Assembly (NCBI GenBank): GCA_016926735.1
Contig: JAFGOA010000113.1
Span: 1 to 22,041 of the forward strand
Direction of reading: 5' to 3'
Source of the DNA: Promethearchaeota archaeon
GTDB taxonomy: Archaea; Asgardarchaeota; Lokiarchaeia; Sigyniarchaeales; SOKP01
DNA: 22,041 nucleotides
Below the pieces are notes generated by a model, which searched no databases, was not told the origin of the DNA, and saw only the letters and a program-made list of their open reading frames with translations. The translations under genes and the position numbers were made by a program. This document shows, one piece after another, positions 1 through 8,565 of this stretch. Each line of letters opens with the position of its first letter. The stretch's first letter is position 1.

Positions 1-413
1 TGTCCATCACTATAAATTTTCACACAATCTTGATCCTCAACTTCTATAGAAATTGGAACTCCTTTTTCAGCCCATTGAATATCACCAAAATCATTAACTC
101 TTTGAGCATAAACATCATAACCATTAGTGGTAAAGTTTCGAGCATCATCCCAGACTACGATTATACCTCCTTCTCCATCACTACAACTTTTTGGATTTGC
201 CATGTATGTATCATTAATACAAATTGGAAAACCTATATTATCATCATATGCAGATGTTTTTAAAGTATCTGATTTTTCAAAATCAGTTATATTATTAGAA
301 TTATTATTATCTATTTTAATAAGATTTGCTGAAAATAGAAATAAAACAGAAAAACTAATTATTATTGTCTTTAAAGAGCTATTTTTCTTCAATTCTGACA
401 TTTTACTACACAT
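1..413 (-). CDS. Partial (runs off left edge) secreted/surface protein with probable beta-propeller-type repeats
   Basis: Manual translation, not in ORF track. In-frame ATGs at 413 and 401 and no stop down to base 1: MCSKMSELKKNSSLKTIIISFSVLFLFSANLIK...SDGEGGIIVVWDDARNFTTNGYDVYAQRVNDFGDIQWAEKGVPI...IYSDG. Basic plus hydrophobic N-terminus (signal/anchor); a second repeat unit starts at the edge. Confidence 0.8.
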   Translation of the reverse strand, partial: MCSKMSELKKNSSLKTIIISFSVLFLFSANLIKIDNNNSNNITDFEKSDTLKTSAYDDNIGFPICINDTYMANPKSCSDGEGGIIVVWDDARNFTTNGYDVYAQRVNDFGDIQWAEKGVPISIEVEDQDCVKIYSDG

Positions 414-781
414 ATCTTAAATACCTATTTAGATCTTAATTTTATAAATTTATAAAACAAAAAAAAAATATCTTTTTAATAATCAATTAGATATTTTTTC
501 CTTAAACCTTTATTTCATTTTAAAAAAAAGGTGATCTTGGGTTTATCCCTCTTATAAATAAGTCCCTAATAGATATGGTTTGATTGCTTATCTTCAATAT
601 CCATGTGATATATGTACAAGTATAAATCTTCGTTAAACTCAGCTTTCACGATCTTTAATGATTATTTCACTGTAAATTGATTATCAATATTATTAAAGAG
701 AAGGAAAGTATATCAGTAAAATAATGAACTAAGCAACAAATGTTAATATTATTAGTTTTAATAACATAAGACTCTGTATAT

Positions 782-793
782 AAAAAAAAAAAA
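782..793 (-). terminator. Oligo-T tract (T12 on minus strand), candidate archaeal terminator
   Basis: A12 run on + strand, a few nt past the stop of the 801..2072 gene. Such runs are common in this DNA. Confidence 0.35.
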
Positions 794-800
794 TAATTAA

Positions 801-2072
801 TTAGGAAACTATCCAATAATCTTTATATATCTGTTCTTTTACAGAAAAATAACATTCTTCAAATATATTTTGAATTTGGTTTTGATCAATATGATCTAAT
901 CTAATCAATAATTTTCCATGATTAGATAATTTATTTCTTAGAAAATTGATTACTGATACTTTATCTTTAAAGAATTGGAGTACATCTATAAGAAAGATGT
1001 AATTAAAATCATTTTCCTTAATATCTTCTAAATTTTTGATTAATAATGTTTTAATATTTTCAATCTTTTTTTTCTTAGCTTGGAGATTTATATTATTTAG
1101 CATCTTTGGATTAATGTCAATTGCTATTATGGAACCCTTATTATCCATTAATTCTGAAGCCTTAAATGCATAATTTCCAATTCCAGTACCATAATCCATT
1201 ATTTTACTATCTTGTTCAATTCCCAGAAGCTTAAGAACATTTTCAATATCTTTATTTGCCATAAATTTTCTAAGTTTTAATCTTTGCCGCATTATAAATT
1301 GCATATAAGCAGGCATATCCTCATTATTATTGAAAATATATTTTATAATTTCGACAATAGAAAATAAAGATATTAAAAAACTTGAAGAGATTACAATTAT
1401 TGGGCCAAACCCGGGACTTATTCTTTCAACTACCAATAATATCGTCAAAAATCCATGGATCAAACCAAAAAAGAAAGCTATTTTATAACCGATAAGAATA
1501 TTTCTTAAATTAAGAATTATTATTGCAAAAAGAAGAGGAATAGAACATATTATTACATAATGAATTAAATATTGCGGATAATTATTAGCAAAATTTACTA
1601 TATGTTTTGTTTCAGAGGTTAAAATCCAAAAGGTACGTATGTAAAGAGCTAATGAAAATAAGCTTAATAAAGAAGATTTTAACCCTTTTTGATAAATCTT
1701 CTTTTCTTCTGAATAATAAATTACTGAAATAGCTAATAATAATAATCCTATGACCTCTAGATATATAAATTGCCAGATTCTTTCATTTAGAAAATATTCA
1801 ATACCTAAATCACTTGTTTTAACTAACATACTAATTGGAGTAATTATTAGAGAGAATAATGGTATGATAATTAATAGTGTGAGCATATAATTTTTGATTT
1901 TTATATTTTCAAATATCGATGAGGAATATAACAATAAACATCCAATCATACTACTATAGATTATTTCTGCCAGAATTAATCCTTCAAGACATGTTATAAA
2001 TTGAAATACATATAAGAATGGTGTAATTACAACTAGTCCAATTGCTAATAGTAGGAAATATTTTTTACTCAT
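801..2072 (-). CDS. Multi-pass membrane protein fused to a C-terminal class I SAM-dependent methyltransferase
   Basis: About 8 hydrophobic segments, then motif I IMDYGTGIG, acidic AIDIN and FLIDVLQF. Start moved from 2102 to ATG 2072 (MSKKYF), which overlaps the end of ArsR and has AGGTGA upstream. Confidence 0.8.
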   Translation of the reverse strand: MSKKYFLLLAIGLVVITPFLYVFQFITCLEGLILAEIIYSSMIGCLLLYSSSIFENIKIKNYMLTLLIIIPLFSLIITPISMLVKTSDLGIEYFLNERIWQFIYLEVIGLLLLAISVIYYSEEKKIYQKGLKSSLLSLFSLALYIRTFWILTSETKHIVNFANNYPQYLIHYVIICSIPLLFAIIILNLRNILIGYKIAFFFGLIHGFLTILLVVERISPGFGPIIVISSSFLISLFSIVEIIKYIFNNNEDMPAYMQFIMRQRLKLRKFMANKDIENVLKLLGIEQDSKIMDYGTGIGNYAFKASELMDNKGSIIAIDINPKMLNNINLQAKKKKIENIKTLLIKNLEDIKENDFNYIFLIDVLQFFKDKVSVINFLRNKLSNHGKLLIRLDHIDQNQIQNIFEECYFSVKEQIYKDYWIVS

Positions 2073-2427
2073 TTTTGTTAGATTCACCTTTTTTATTTTC
2101 ATTATTATATTGTATTTTTAGTTTAGGATTTTTCTCAAATGCCATCATAAACAATTCATCAAAATTCTTCTTTATTTCCTCAAAAACATCGATATTTATA
2201 TGATAAAAAACCTGCATTCCATCTCTATCTGGATAAAGAAGATTTATATTTTTCAGAGTTTTTATGTGTTGTGAAACAGCTGGTTGAGACATTCCTAATT
2301 TTTGTGATAAATCACTTACACAAAGTTTTGTTTCTGTTTTTGAAGCTAAAAGTCTGATAATCTTAAGTCTAGTAGGATCTCCTAAAGCTTTTAATACTTT
2401 TGCCATATCTTCAACAAAATTATGCAT
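2065..2427 (-). CDS. ArsR/SmtB family transcriptional regulator
   Basis: KALGDPTRLKIIRLL, LCVSDL, SQPAVSQHIKTL, RDGMQVFYHI. Start at ATG 2427, preceded by GGTGA. Confidence 0.92.
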   Translation of the reverse strand: MHNFVEDMAKVLKALGDPTRLKIIRLLASKTETKLCVSDLSQKLGMSQPAVSQHIKTLKNINLLYPDRDGMQVFYHINIDVFEEIKKNFDELFMMAFEKNPKLKIQYNNENKKGESNKNE

Positions 2428-2442
2428 ATTATCACCATAAGG

Positions 2443-2462
2443 ATATAAGAATATACTTATAT
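2443..2462. promoter_or_regulatory. Palindromic candidate ArsR operator ATATAAGAATATACTTATAT
   Basis: 9 of 10 pairs complementary. Lies between a TATA-like element (minus strand, about 2479-2486) and the ArsR start. Confidence 0.65.
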
Positions 2463-2646
2463 TCAAATGTTTCTATTCTATTTATATCGTTAATTAATTT
2501 TAGGCAGAGAATAATCCTAATATCAATATAAAAAATTAAATAAAAATAAAAAATAAATTAATAATTATTACGTAAAAAATATCATAGTATTAATTCATAA
2601 TAACTATGAAATGTTATTAAAGTATAATATATTATAAATATATCAA

Positions 2647-3237
2647 ATGTTCCATACAATTCCTGAAAAAATTCAAACAAGAATGGCTTTTTTAGAAGAA
2701 TCAGATTCTAATGATCGAATTAACGGGACACCCCGATTAGAAAGACTTCGTCAAATACCTCCTGAAACTGGAAAATTTTTATATCTCTTTTTAATGAATA
2801 CACCTCCTGGAAAAATAATAGAAATTGGGACAAGTGCTGGATATTCTACATTATGGTTGATACTTGCTTGTATTCAGAAAAAGACTAAAATAATTACATT
2901 TGAAATACTAGAAGAGAAAATTAAATTAGCTAGAGAGACATTTCATCAAACAGAAACAGAGGATTATGTAGAATTAATTAAAGCCAATGCCCTTGAATTC
3001 ATCCCTCATTATGATAATATAACTTTTTGTTTTTTAGATGCTGAAAAAAGAATATATCAAGATTGCTACAATATAATTATTCCAAAACTAGTAAAAGGAG
3101 GTATTTTTATCGCAGATAATGCTCTGAGTCATGAGAGAGATTTAAAACCTATGGTAGATCATGCACTAAATGATCAAAGAGTAGATGCATTAGTAGTACC
3201 AATAGGAAAAGGAGTATTAGTATGCCGTAAAATATAA
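2647..3237 (+). CDS. O-methyltransferase (COMT/YrrM-like, class I SAM)
   Basis: IIEIGTSAGYSTLWL, FLDAEK, GGIFIADN, VPIGKGVLV. Confidence 0.9.
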   Translation: MFHTIPEKIQTRMAFLEESDSNDRINGTPRLERLRQIPPETGKFLYLFLMNTPPGKIIEIGTSAGYSTLWLILACIQKKTKIITFEILEEKIKLARETFHQTETEDYVELIKANALEFIPHYDNITFCFLDAEKRIYQDCYNIIIPKLVKGGIFIADNALSHERDLKPMVDHALNDQRVDALVVPIGKGVLVCRKI

Positions 3238-3260
3238 TTAATTAGCTAATTAAATCATAT

Positions 3261-3773
3261 CTACTTTTTTTTTAAAATAGTTCTGACTAATCCTAAAAAT
3301 GCATTTTCAATATTATCTCCAGTTTTGGCAGAAGTTGTTGTAAATCCTATTTTTTTCTCTTCAGCATATGATTTTCCTTCATTTTCTGAGACGGAAATTG
3401 AACCTCTCATATCAATCTTATTTCCAATTAAATGGATTGGACTTTTTCCTCCACTTTTTTTAAAGATTTCTATCCATTCATCAATTTTTTTAAATGATAA
3501 TGTATCTGTAACGTCATATACTATAAATGCCCCATCAGCTCCTTGTAGATATTTTTTATGAAATATTTTAAAACTTTGTTGACCTGCTAAATCCCAGATT
3601 TGAATTCCAACATCCCCAAAGTCCTCTATATTTATATCTTTACGAACTAAATTGACTCCTATAGTACTTTTGTAAGATAAACTAAATACTCCTTTTGTAT
3701 ATCGATTTACAATAGATGTCTTTCCAACTCCTAAATTACCTAATATACACAATTTAAGTTCTAATTTATTCAT
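3261..3773 (-). CDS. Ras-superfamily (Rab-like) small GTPase
   Basis: G1 GNLGVGKT, switch I STIGV, G3 WDLAGQ, G4 GNKID, G5 TSAK. No C-terminal Cys. Confidence 0.95.
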   Translation of the reverse strand: MNKLELKLCILGNLGVGKTSIVNRYTKGVFSLSYKSTIGVNLVRKDINIEDFGDVGIQIWDLAGQQSFKIFHKKYLQGADGAFIVYDVTDTLSFKKIDEWIEIFKKSGGKSPIHLIGNKIDMRGSISVSENEGKSYAEEKKIGFTTTSAKTGDNIENAFLGLVRTILKKK

Positions 3774-3934
3774 ATTATCATTTGAATAGAAGATTTACTA
3801 TATAAAATTTATATAATTATCTGAATTTAAACATTTAGAGTATAATAAATTAAAAAATAGATGATATTTGATTATAATAAAAATTATTTTTATTATTTTA
3901 ATCTGAGATAATCTCTAATTTTTAAATTTAAATT

Positions 3935-5020
3935 TTATATTAATTCTTTGTAGTTATTTCGAATCTTGTCTTGGATTTTTTTCATATTTATCTGATTATT
4001 TGATGATAAAACACTTGCGATAACACTCCCTCCAGCACCCACTCCTTCTTTTACCATTCCGTATTCATAAGCTTTTAATCCCTCATATTCCATCATAGAA
4101 AAATCAAGATTTGCTGCTAAGATCGGTATTTCTGGATCTATTTGATTAATAATCCCTCTTAAATCAGAGTTTTTATCAGAAATAATCCATCTAGTTGTGC
4201 CTACTATTATATTTTTTAGAATACTACACTCTATTGATTTAATTAGAGCTAAAATAGCACTCATTTGAGTTCCCCCTGCTAAAATAATTGGTATCTTCTT
4301 TCCAACACCAATAACTAATCCTAAAAGAGCTGGTTGCATAGGATCACCAAAAAATTCGATTGCTTTAAATGGTTTACCTTTTAAATCACCTATTTTCAAA
4401 TTAGTATTTTTCAAACCTAAGTCAATTATCTGTTTTTTTTTATTTTTTGGATTTATAGATAAACTACTACTAATCTTATCCAATGCATCATAACCCATAG
4501 CTGTAAGAACACCTAATGCTGTTGTAGTCCCTCCTGCAATACTTTCACCTATAACTAAATAATTAACAACTTTAGAAATCATTTTTCCAAATATTTTTGC
4601 TTTTTCGAAAATTTCAATAGGATTTTCAACAGCTCTACCATGTGTAATATTTTTTCCTGATTTTCCTCCAAAATCAATATATGGTACTGAAGGAAAAACA
4701 CTAACTCCTCCATTAGCAATTAATAATGGCATTTTTGATAATTCTAATGATGCTTTAGTAATAATTGCAGGGGTTGGAATACCTTCTGGAGTTATTGGAA
4801 CGCCTTCAATACATTTACATTTTTTATATATTAAATATTCCATATCAGCTGCAGGAGTATAATCTGTTATTTCTGGATTTGCACCTGCAGCTGATATTCC
4901 AGGAACCTTTGCTGTTTCCGTATTTCCTATTACACACATAAAAAGAGGGACTTTATATTCAATTCTAGTAATAAAATCTCCTATTATATCCTCATCTCCT
5001 ATTCTAATAATATCATTCAT
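3935..5020 (-). CDS. cobT: Archaeal-type nicotinate-nucleotide:lower-base phosphoribosyltransferase
   Basis: PGISAAGA, GIPTPAIIT, GESIAGGTTTALGVL, LAGGTQM, KEGVGAGG. Divergent from the cobalamin operon. Confidence 0.9.
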   Translation of the reverse strand: MNDIIRIGDEDIIGDFITRIEYKVPLFMCVIGNTETAKVPGISAAGANPEITDYTPAADMEYLIYKKCKCIEGVPITPEGIPTPAIITKASLELSKMPLLIANGGVSVFPSVPYIDFGGKSGKNITHGRAVENPIEIFEKAKIFGKMISKVVNYLVIGESIAGGTTTALGVLTAMGYDALDKISSSLSINPKNKKKQIIDLGLKNTNLKIGDLKGKPFKAIEFFGDPMQPALLGLVIGVGKKIPIILAGGTQMSAILALIKSIECSILKNIIVGTTRWIISDKNSDLRGIINQIDPEIPILAANLDFSMMEYEGLKAYEYGMVKEGVGAGGSVIASVLSSNNQINMKKIQDKIRNNYKELI

Positions 5021-5072
5021 AAGTGGTCATATTTCAATTATTTTTGAGTTTCAAATTTTTTTAATTAAGTTA

Positions 5073-5090
5073 ATAGGTTAGGTAGCCTAT
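5073..5090 (-). promoter_or_regulatory. Candidate operator box 1 (ATAGGCTACCTAACCTAT read toward cobT)
   Basis: Imperfect 8-2-8 palindrome downstream of a minus-strand TTATATAAA. 14/18 identical to box 2. Confidence 0.65.
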
Positions 5091-5170
5091 ATAATCCTTT
5101 TTATATAATCATTATTAATCTATTATGATGCTTAAATTATCAATTTTTGAAATTCCATAACTTTATATTT

Positions 5171-5188
5171 ATAGGAAACCTATCCTAG
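5171..5188 (+). promoter_or_regulatory. Candidate operator box 2 (ATAGGAAACCTATCCTAG read toward btuF)
   Basis: Imperfect palindrome immediately downstream of TTTATAT (5162-5168), about 40 nt before the btuF ATG. Confidence 0.65.
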
Positions 5189-5227
5189 AGAAACCATTTT
5201 TAATAAATAAATAAAATAGTGTAAAAA

Positions 5228-6172
5228 ATGAGAGAAAAAAATAGAGTAATAATGATTTTCGTAATATTAATTATTGGGGTTACTGGGATTACTTATGGAG
5301 TTAGTATATTTGTAATAAATAACATTTCTGAAAAGTCGATCATACCCCCAAATACTTATCCATTTAAGGATTCTATGAATAGAGTTGTATATGTCCCAAT
5401 AGATCCCCAAAGAATTATATCAACAGCACCTGCTATAACTGAAGCTCTATTTGCAATTGGAGCAGAGAATAAATTAGTAGGTCGTACAACATATTGTAAT
5501 TATCCTATAGAAGCAGAAAGTATTACCAGTATTGGAGGATTCTCAACTCCAAATTTAGAAATTATCGCTAGCTTAAACCCTGATCTTATACTGGCATCGA
5601 CTACCAATTCGGAAACTATTGTTCTATTAGAAAATCAAGGATATACAATTGTGAATATTTTAGCTGAAACCTTAGATGAAATTATAAGAAACATGGGAAT
5701 TATCGGGAATTTAGTAAATAATTGGAAAAAAAGTGTATATTTAATGCATAATATGCTAGTTGAAATGGAAAAAATAACAAATAAAACAACCACATTAAAT
5801 ACTTATCAAAAAATAGACTGTTATTTTGAGATTTGGGAAACTCCAATGGTAGCTGGAACAAAATCATTTATACATGATATGATCATTAAGGCTGGAGCAA
5901 TCAATATTTTTGGTGATTTAGATTTTGAACATCCTATAATAAGTCATGAAAATGTGATTAGTCGTGATCCTGATGTAATTTTTATATCAGAACATAGTGC
6001 ATCGTGGTATTCTCAAGATGTTGCTAGTAGATCTGGATATGATATCGTAAATGCGTGTATAAATAATCGTATTTATCAATGTTTTGATGATATATATTTA
6101 AGACCTGGACCAAGAATTATAAACGCTTTAGAAAATATGACTCGCTATTTGTATCCAAATTTATTTATTTAA
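5228..6172 (+). CDS. btuF: Corrinoid ABC transporter substrate-binding protein, N-terminal membrane anchor
   Basis: PQRIISTAPAITEALFAIG, VGRTTYCNYP, PNLEIIASLNPDLIL, RPGPR. Cobalamin gene context. Confidence 0.88.
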   Translation: MREKNRVIMIFVILIIGVTGITYGVSIFVINNISEKSIIPPNTYPFKDSMNRVVYVPIDPQRIISTAPAITEALFAIGAENKLVGRTTYCNYPIEAESITSIGGFSTPNLEIIASLNPDLILASTTNSETIVLLENQGYTIVNILAETLDEIIRNMGIIGNLVNNWKKSVYLMHNMLVEMEKITNKTTTLNTYQKIDCYFEIWETPMVAGTKSFIHDMIIKAGAINIFGDLDFEHPIISHENVISRDPDVIFISEHSASWYSQDVASRSGYDIVNACINNRIYQCFDDIYLRPGPRIINALENMTRYLYPNLFI

Positions 6173-6202
6173 ATTATAGGCGAAAAAACTAACAAAGATT
6201 AA

Positions 6203-7267
6203 ATGAAAATGAGATATAAAATTATAAATTTAAAAAGAAAAAATTCCATCTCTATTATTTTCTTTTTTATATCTATTATTATTATACTATTAAGTATTAT
6301 ATATGCGATAAGTTTAGGTAGTGTTAATATTAATTTTGGAAAGGTATGGGGAATTCTCCTAAGAGCTATTGGATTTAATATTGAAAAAACTTGGAATTCA
6401 GGAGAAGAGAATATTATATTATTTTTACGATTACCCAGAGTTTTAATGACTCTTATTGTTGGAGGAATGTTAGCTGTATCTGGGGTTATAGCTCAAAGTC
6501 TTTTTAAGAATCCAATTGTGGATCCATATATTATTGGGATTTCTTCATCAGCAGGTTTTGGAAGTGCATTATGTATTATGTTAGGATTTTCTGCAGTATT
6601 TAGTATTTTTACTTTACCACTCGTATCTTTTGTTTTTTCATGTTCAGCTATATTAATTATTTATAAGCTATCTAAAACAAAATATCATTTATCAATGTCA
6701 GCATTATTATTATCCGGGATTGCGATATCTTTTTTCTTTTCAGCATTTACAAGTTTTATTTTATATTTTTCAGAAGAACACGCACATTATATTCTTACAT
6801 TTCTTATGGGTAGTTTTTGGGGTGCAAATTGGCAAGAATTAATAGTGATTTTTATAATTTTTATAATAGGGTTTTCAATATCCTTATTTTATGGTAGAGA
6901 TCTAAATGCTATGGTATTAGGAGATTCTACAGCGCAATCAATAGGAATAAATGTAGAGCAATCCAAGCGAATATTATTGATATTAATGACATTTCTTACC
7001 TCTGCTACTGTAGCTTTCTGTGGGAGTATTGGTTTTGTAGGATTAATGATTCCACATTTCACAAGAATGTTGATTGGAAGTGATAATAATAAATTATTAA
7101 TATTTTCAGCATTTGGAGGGGCATTATTATTATTGTGGGCAGATATAATAGCAAGAACTATTATTGCTCCAATAGAATTACCTGTTGGGATATTGACTTC
7201 TTTATTAGGCGGTCCGTTTTTCATATATTTGATTATAAAAAAGAAAAAATCAGGAGAATCGCTATGA
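6203..7267 (+). CDS. btuC: Corrinoid ABC transporter permease (FecCD/BtuC family)
   Basis: RLPRVL, FKNPIVDPYIIGISSSA, GSIGFVGLMIPH, ELPVGILTSLLGGPFFIYL. Confidence 0.92.
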   Translation: MKMRYKIINLKRKNSISIIFFFISIIIILLSIIYAISLGSVNINFGKVWGILLRAIGFNIEKTWNSGEENIILFLRLPRVLMTLIVGGMLAVSGVIAQSLFKNPIVDPYIIGISSSAGFGSALCIMLGFSAVFSIFTLPLVSFVFSCSAILIIYKLSKTKYHLSMSALLLSGIAISFFFSAFTSFILYFSEEHAHYILTFLMGSFWGANWQELIVIFIIFIIGFSISLFYGRDLNAMVLGDSTAQSIGINVEQSKRILLILMTFLTSATVAFCGSIGFVGLMIPHFTRMLIGSDNNKLLIFSAFGGALLLLWADIIARTIIAPIELPVGILTSLLGGPFFIYLIIKKKKSGESL

Positions 7268-7310
7268 ATTCAGTAATTTACAACAAAAATAGATTAGGTG
7301 TTTAATAATT

Positions 7311-8549
7311 GTGATTTCATGCAAAAATCTTCATTTTAAATATAGAACAAAACAAATAATTAATGATATAACATTAAATTTTGAAAAAGGTCACCTATAT
7401 GGCGTTTTGGGACCGAATGGTTCTGGGAAAACTACTCTATTAAAACTACTAATAGGACTATTAAAACAAAATCATGGTCAAGTCTATATTGATGATATTA
7501 ATTTAAAAAAATTCTCGATTCGTGATATTGCAAAACAAGTCACAATGGTAAATCAAACTAATTACATAGAATTTGATTATAAAGTAAGTGAAGTAATAAA
7601 AATGGGAAGATATGTATATATTAGTCGTTTTTCTAATGAATCTGATGAAGATAAACAAATAATAAATGATGTTATTGAACAATTAAAATTAACTAAATTA
7701 AAAGATAGAAAATTTAATAACTTAAGTGGTGGAGAACAACAAAAAGTTATAATTGCTAGAGCTATTGCTCAAAAAGCAAGGATTTTACTGTTAGATGAAC
7801 CAATCTCTCATTTAGACATCAATTATCAAATTGAATTTATGAATTTATTCAGAAATTATGTAAAAAAAGGATTAATTGTGATATTGATCCTCCATGATCT
7901 GAATATTGCTGCCCAATATTGTGATAAAATAATTCTGATGAATAACGGTACTATTATGGAATTTGGTAATATTCAAAATGTTTTAACAAAAAATAATATT
8001 CAAAAAACTTATGGAATTGATGTGATTATTAGAAAAAATAATTTGACTAACTCAATTTACATTACTCCTATAAATGATAATCATTCACTTCCCAAAAATG
8101 AAAAAAGCGAAAAATCTAATATAAAAATACATGTAATATGTGGTGGCGGCCATGGTTCAGAAATCTTGATTAATTTAAAACATTATGATGTATCTGTTGG
8201 TATAATTAATGTTTTGGATGATGATTACACACTATCAAATGAAATGGAATTTAAACTGATCTCTGAAGCACCTTTTTCACAAATATCAGAATATTCCAAA
8301 CAAAAATTAGAAGATATTTTATATAAGGTTGATCTTATAATTTTGGCTAATATCCCCTTTGGTAATGAAAATTTGATTAACCTTAAGAGTTTAGTGAATC
8401 TTAATCAAAAAATAATAGTATTTGAGAAAAATCCTATAGAAGAAAGAGATTATACAAATGGTTTAGCAACTAAAATATATAATCGATTGAAAAAGAAAGA
8501 TAATGTAATAGTTGTAAATAATTTAGAAGATTTAATCAAAAACATATAG
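7311..8549 (+). CDS. btuD: Corrinoid ABC transporter ATPase with about 140-aa C-terminal extension
   Basis: Walker A GPNGSGKT, LSGGEQQK, LLLDEP, LHDLN. GTG start. Confidence 0.9.
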   Translation: MISCKNLHFKYRTKQIINDITLNFEKGHLYGVLGPNGSGKTTLLKLLIGLLKQNHGQVYIDDINLKKFSIRDIAKQVTMVNQTNYIEFDYKVSEVIKMGRYVYISRFSNESDEDKQIINDVIEQLKLTKLKDRKFNNLSGGEQQKVIIARAIAQKARILLLDEPISHLDINYQIEFMNLFRNYVKKGLIVILILHDLNIAAQYCDKIILMNNGTIMEFGNIQNVLTKNNIQKTYGIDVIIRKNNLTNSIYITPINDNHSLPKNEKSEKSNIKIHVICGGGHGSEILINLKHYDVSVGIINVLDDDYTLSNEMEFKLISEAPFSQISEYSKQKLEDILYKVDLIILANIPFGNENLINLKSLVNLNQKIIVFEKNPIEERDYTNGLATKIYNRLKKKDNVIVVNNLEDLIKNI

Positions 8550-8565
8550 TACTTTTGAGGATATT

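Noticed and set aside
30-420. Plus-strand ORFs 30..263 and 127..420
   Set aside because: Antisense shadows of the minus-strand partial gene; no motifs.
440-457. Perfect palindrome TTTTATAAATTTATAAAA, with similar ones at 3799-3815 and 22012-22029
   Set aside because: Pure A/T; explained by TATA-like elements and base composition.
528-740. Spacer with short open stretches, including YPCDICTS on the plus strand
   Set aside because: Interrupted by stops in the frames I read and no recognisable family; cannot support a pseudogene or ncRNA call.
801-2427. arsR-arsM arsenic resistance operon
   Set aside because: The MTase lacks ArsM cysteines, the ArsR lacks the CxC site, and no arsB/acr3/arsC is nearby.
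5021-5227. Cobalamin riboswitch upstream of btuF or cobT
   Set aside because: No GGGAA/GCCACTG B12-element cores or GC-rich stems; leaders appear too short.
5228-8549. Iron-siderophore or heme transporter assignment
   Set aside because: Same superfamily, but co-operonic cob/cbi genes favour corrinoid uptake. Not formally excluded.
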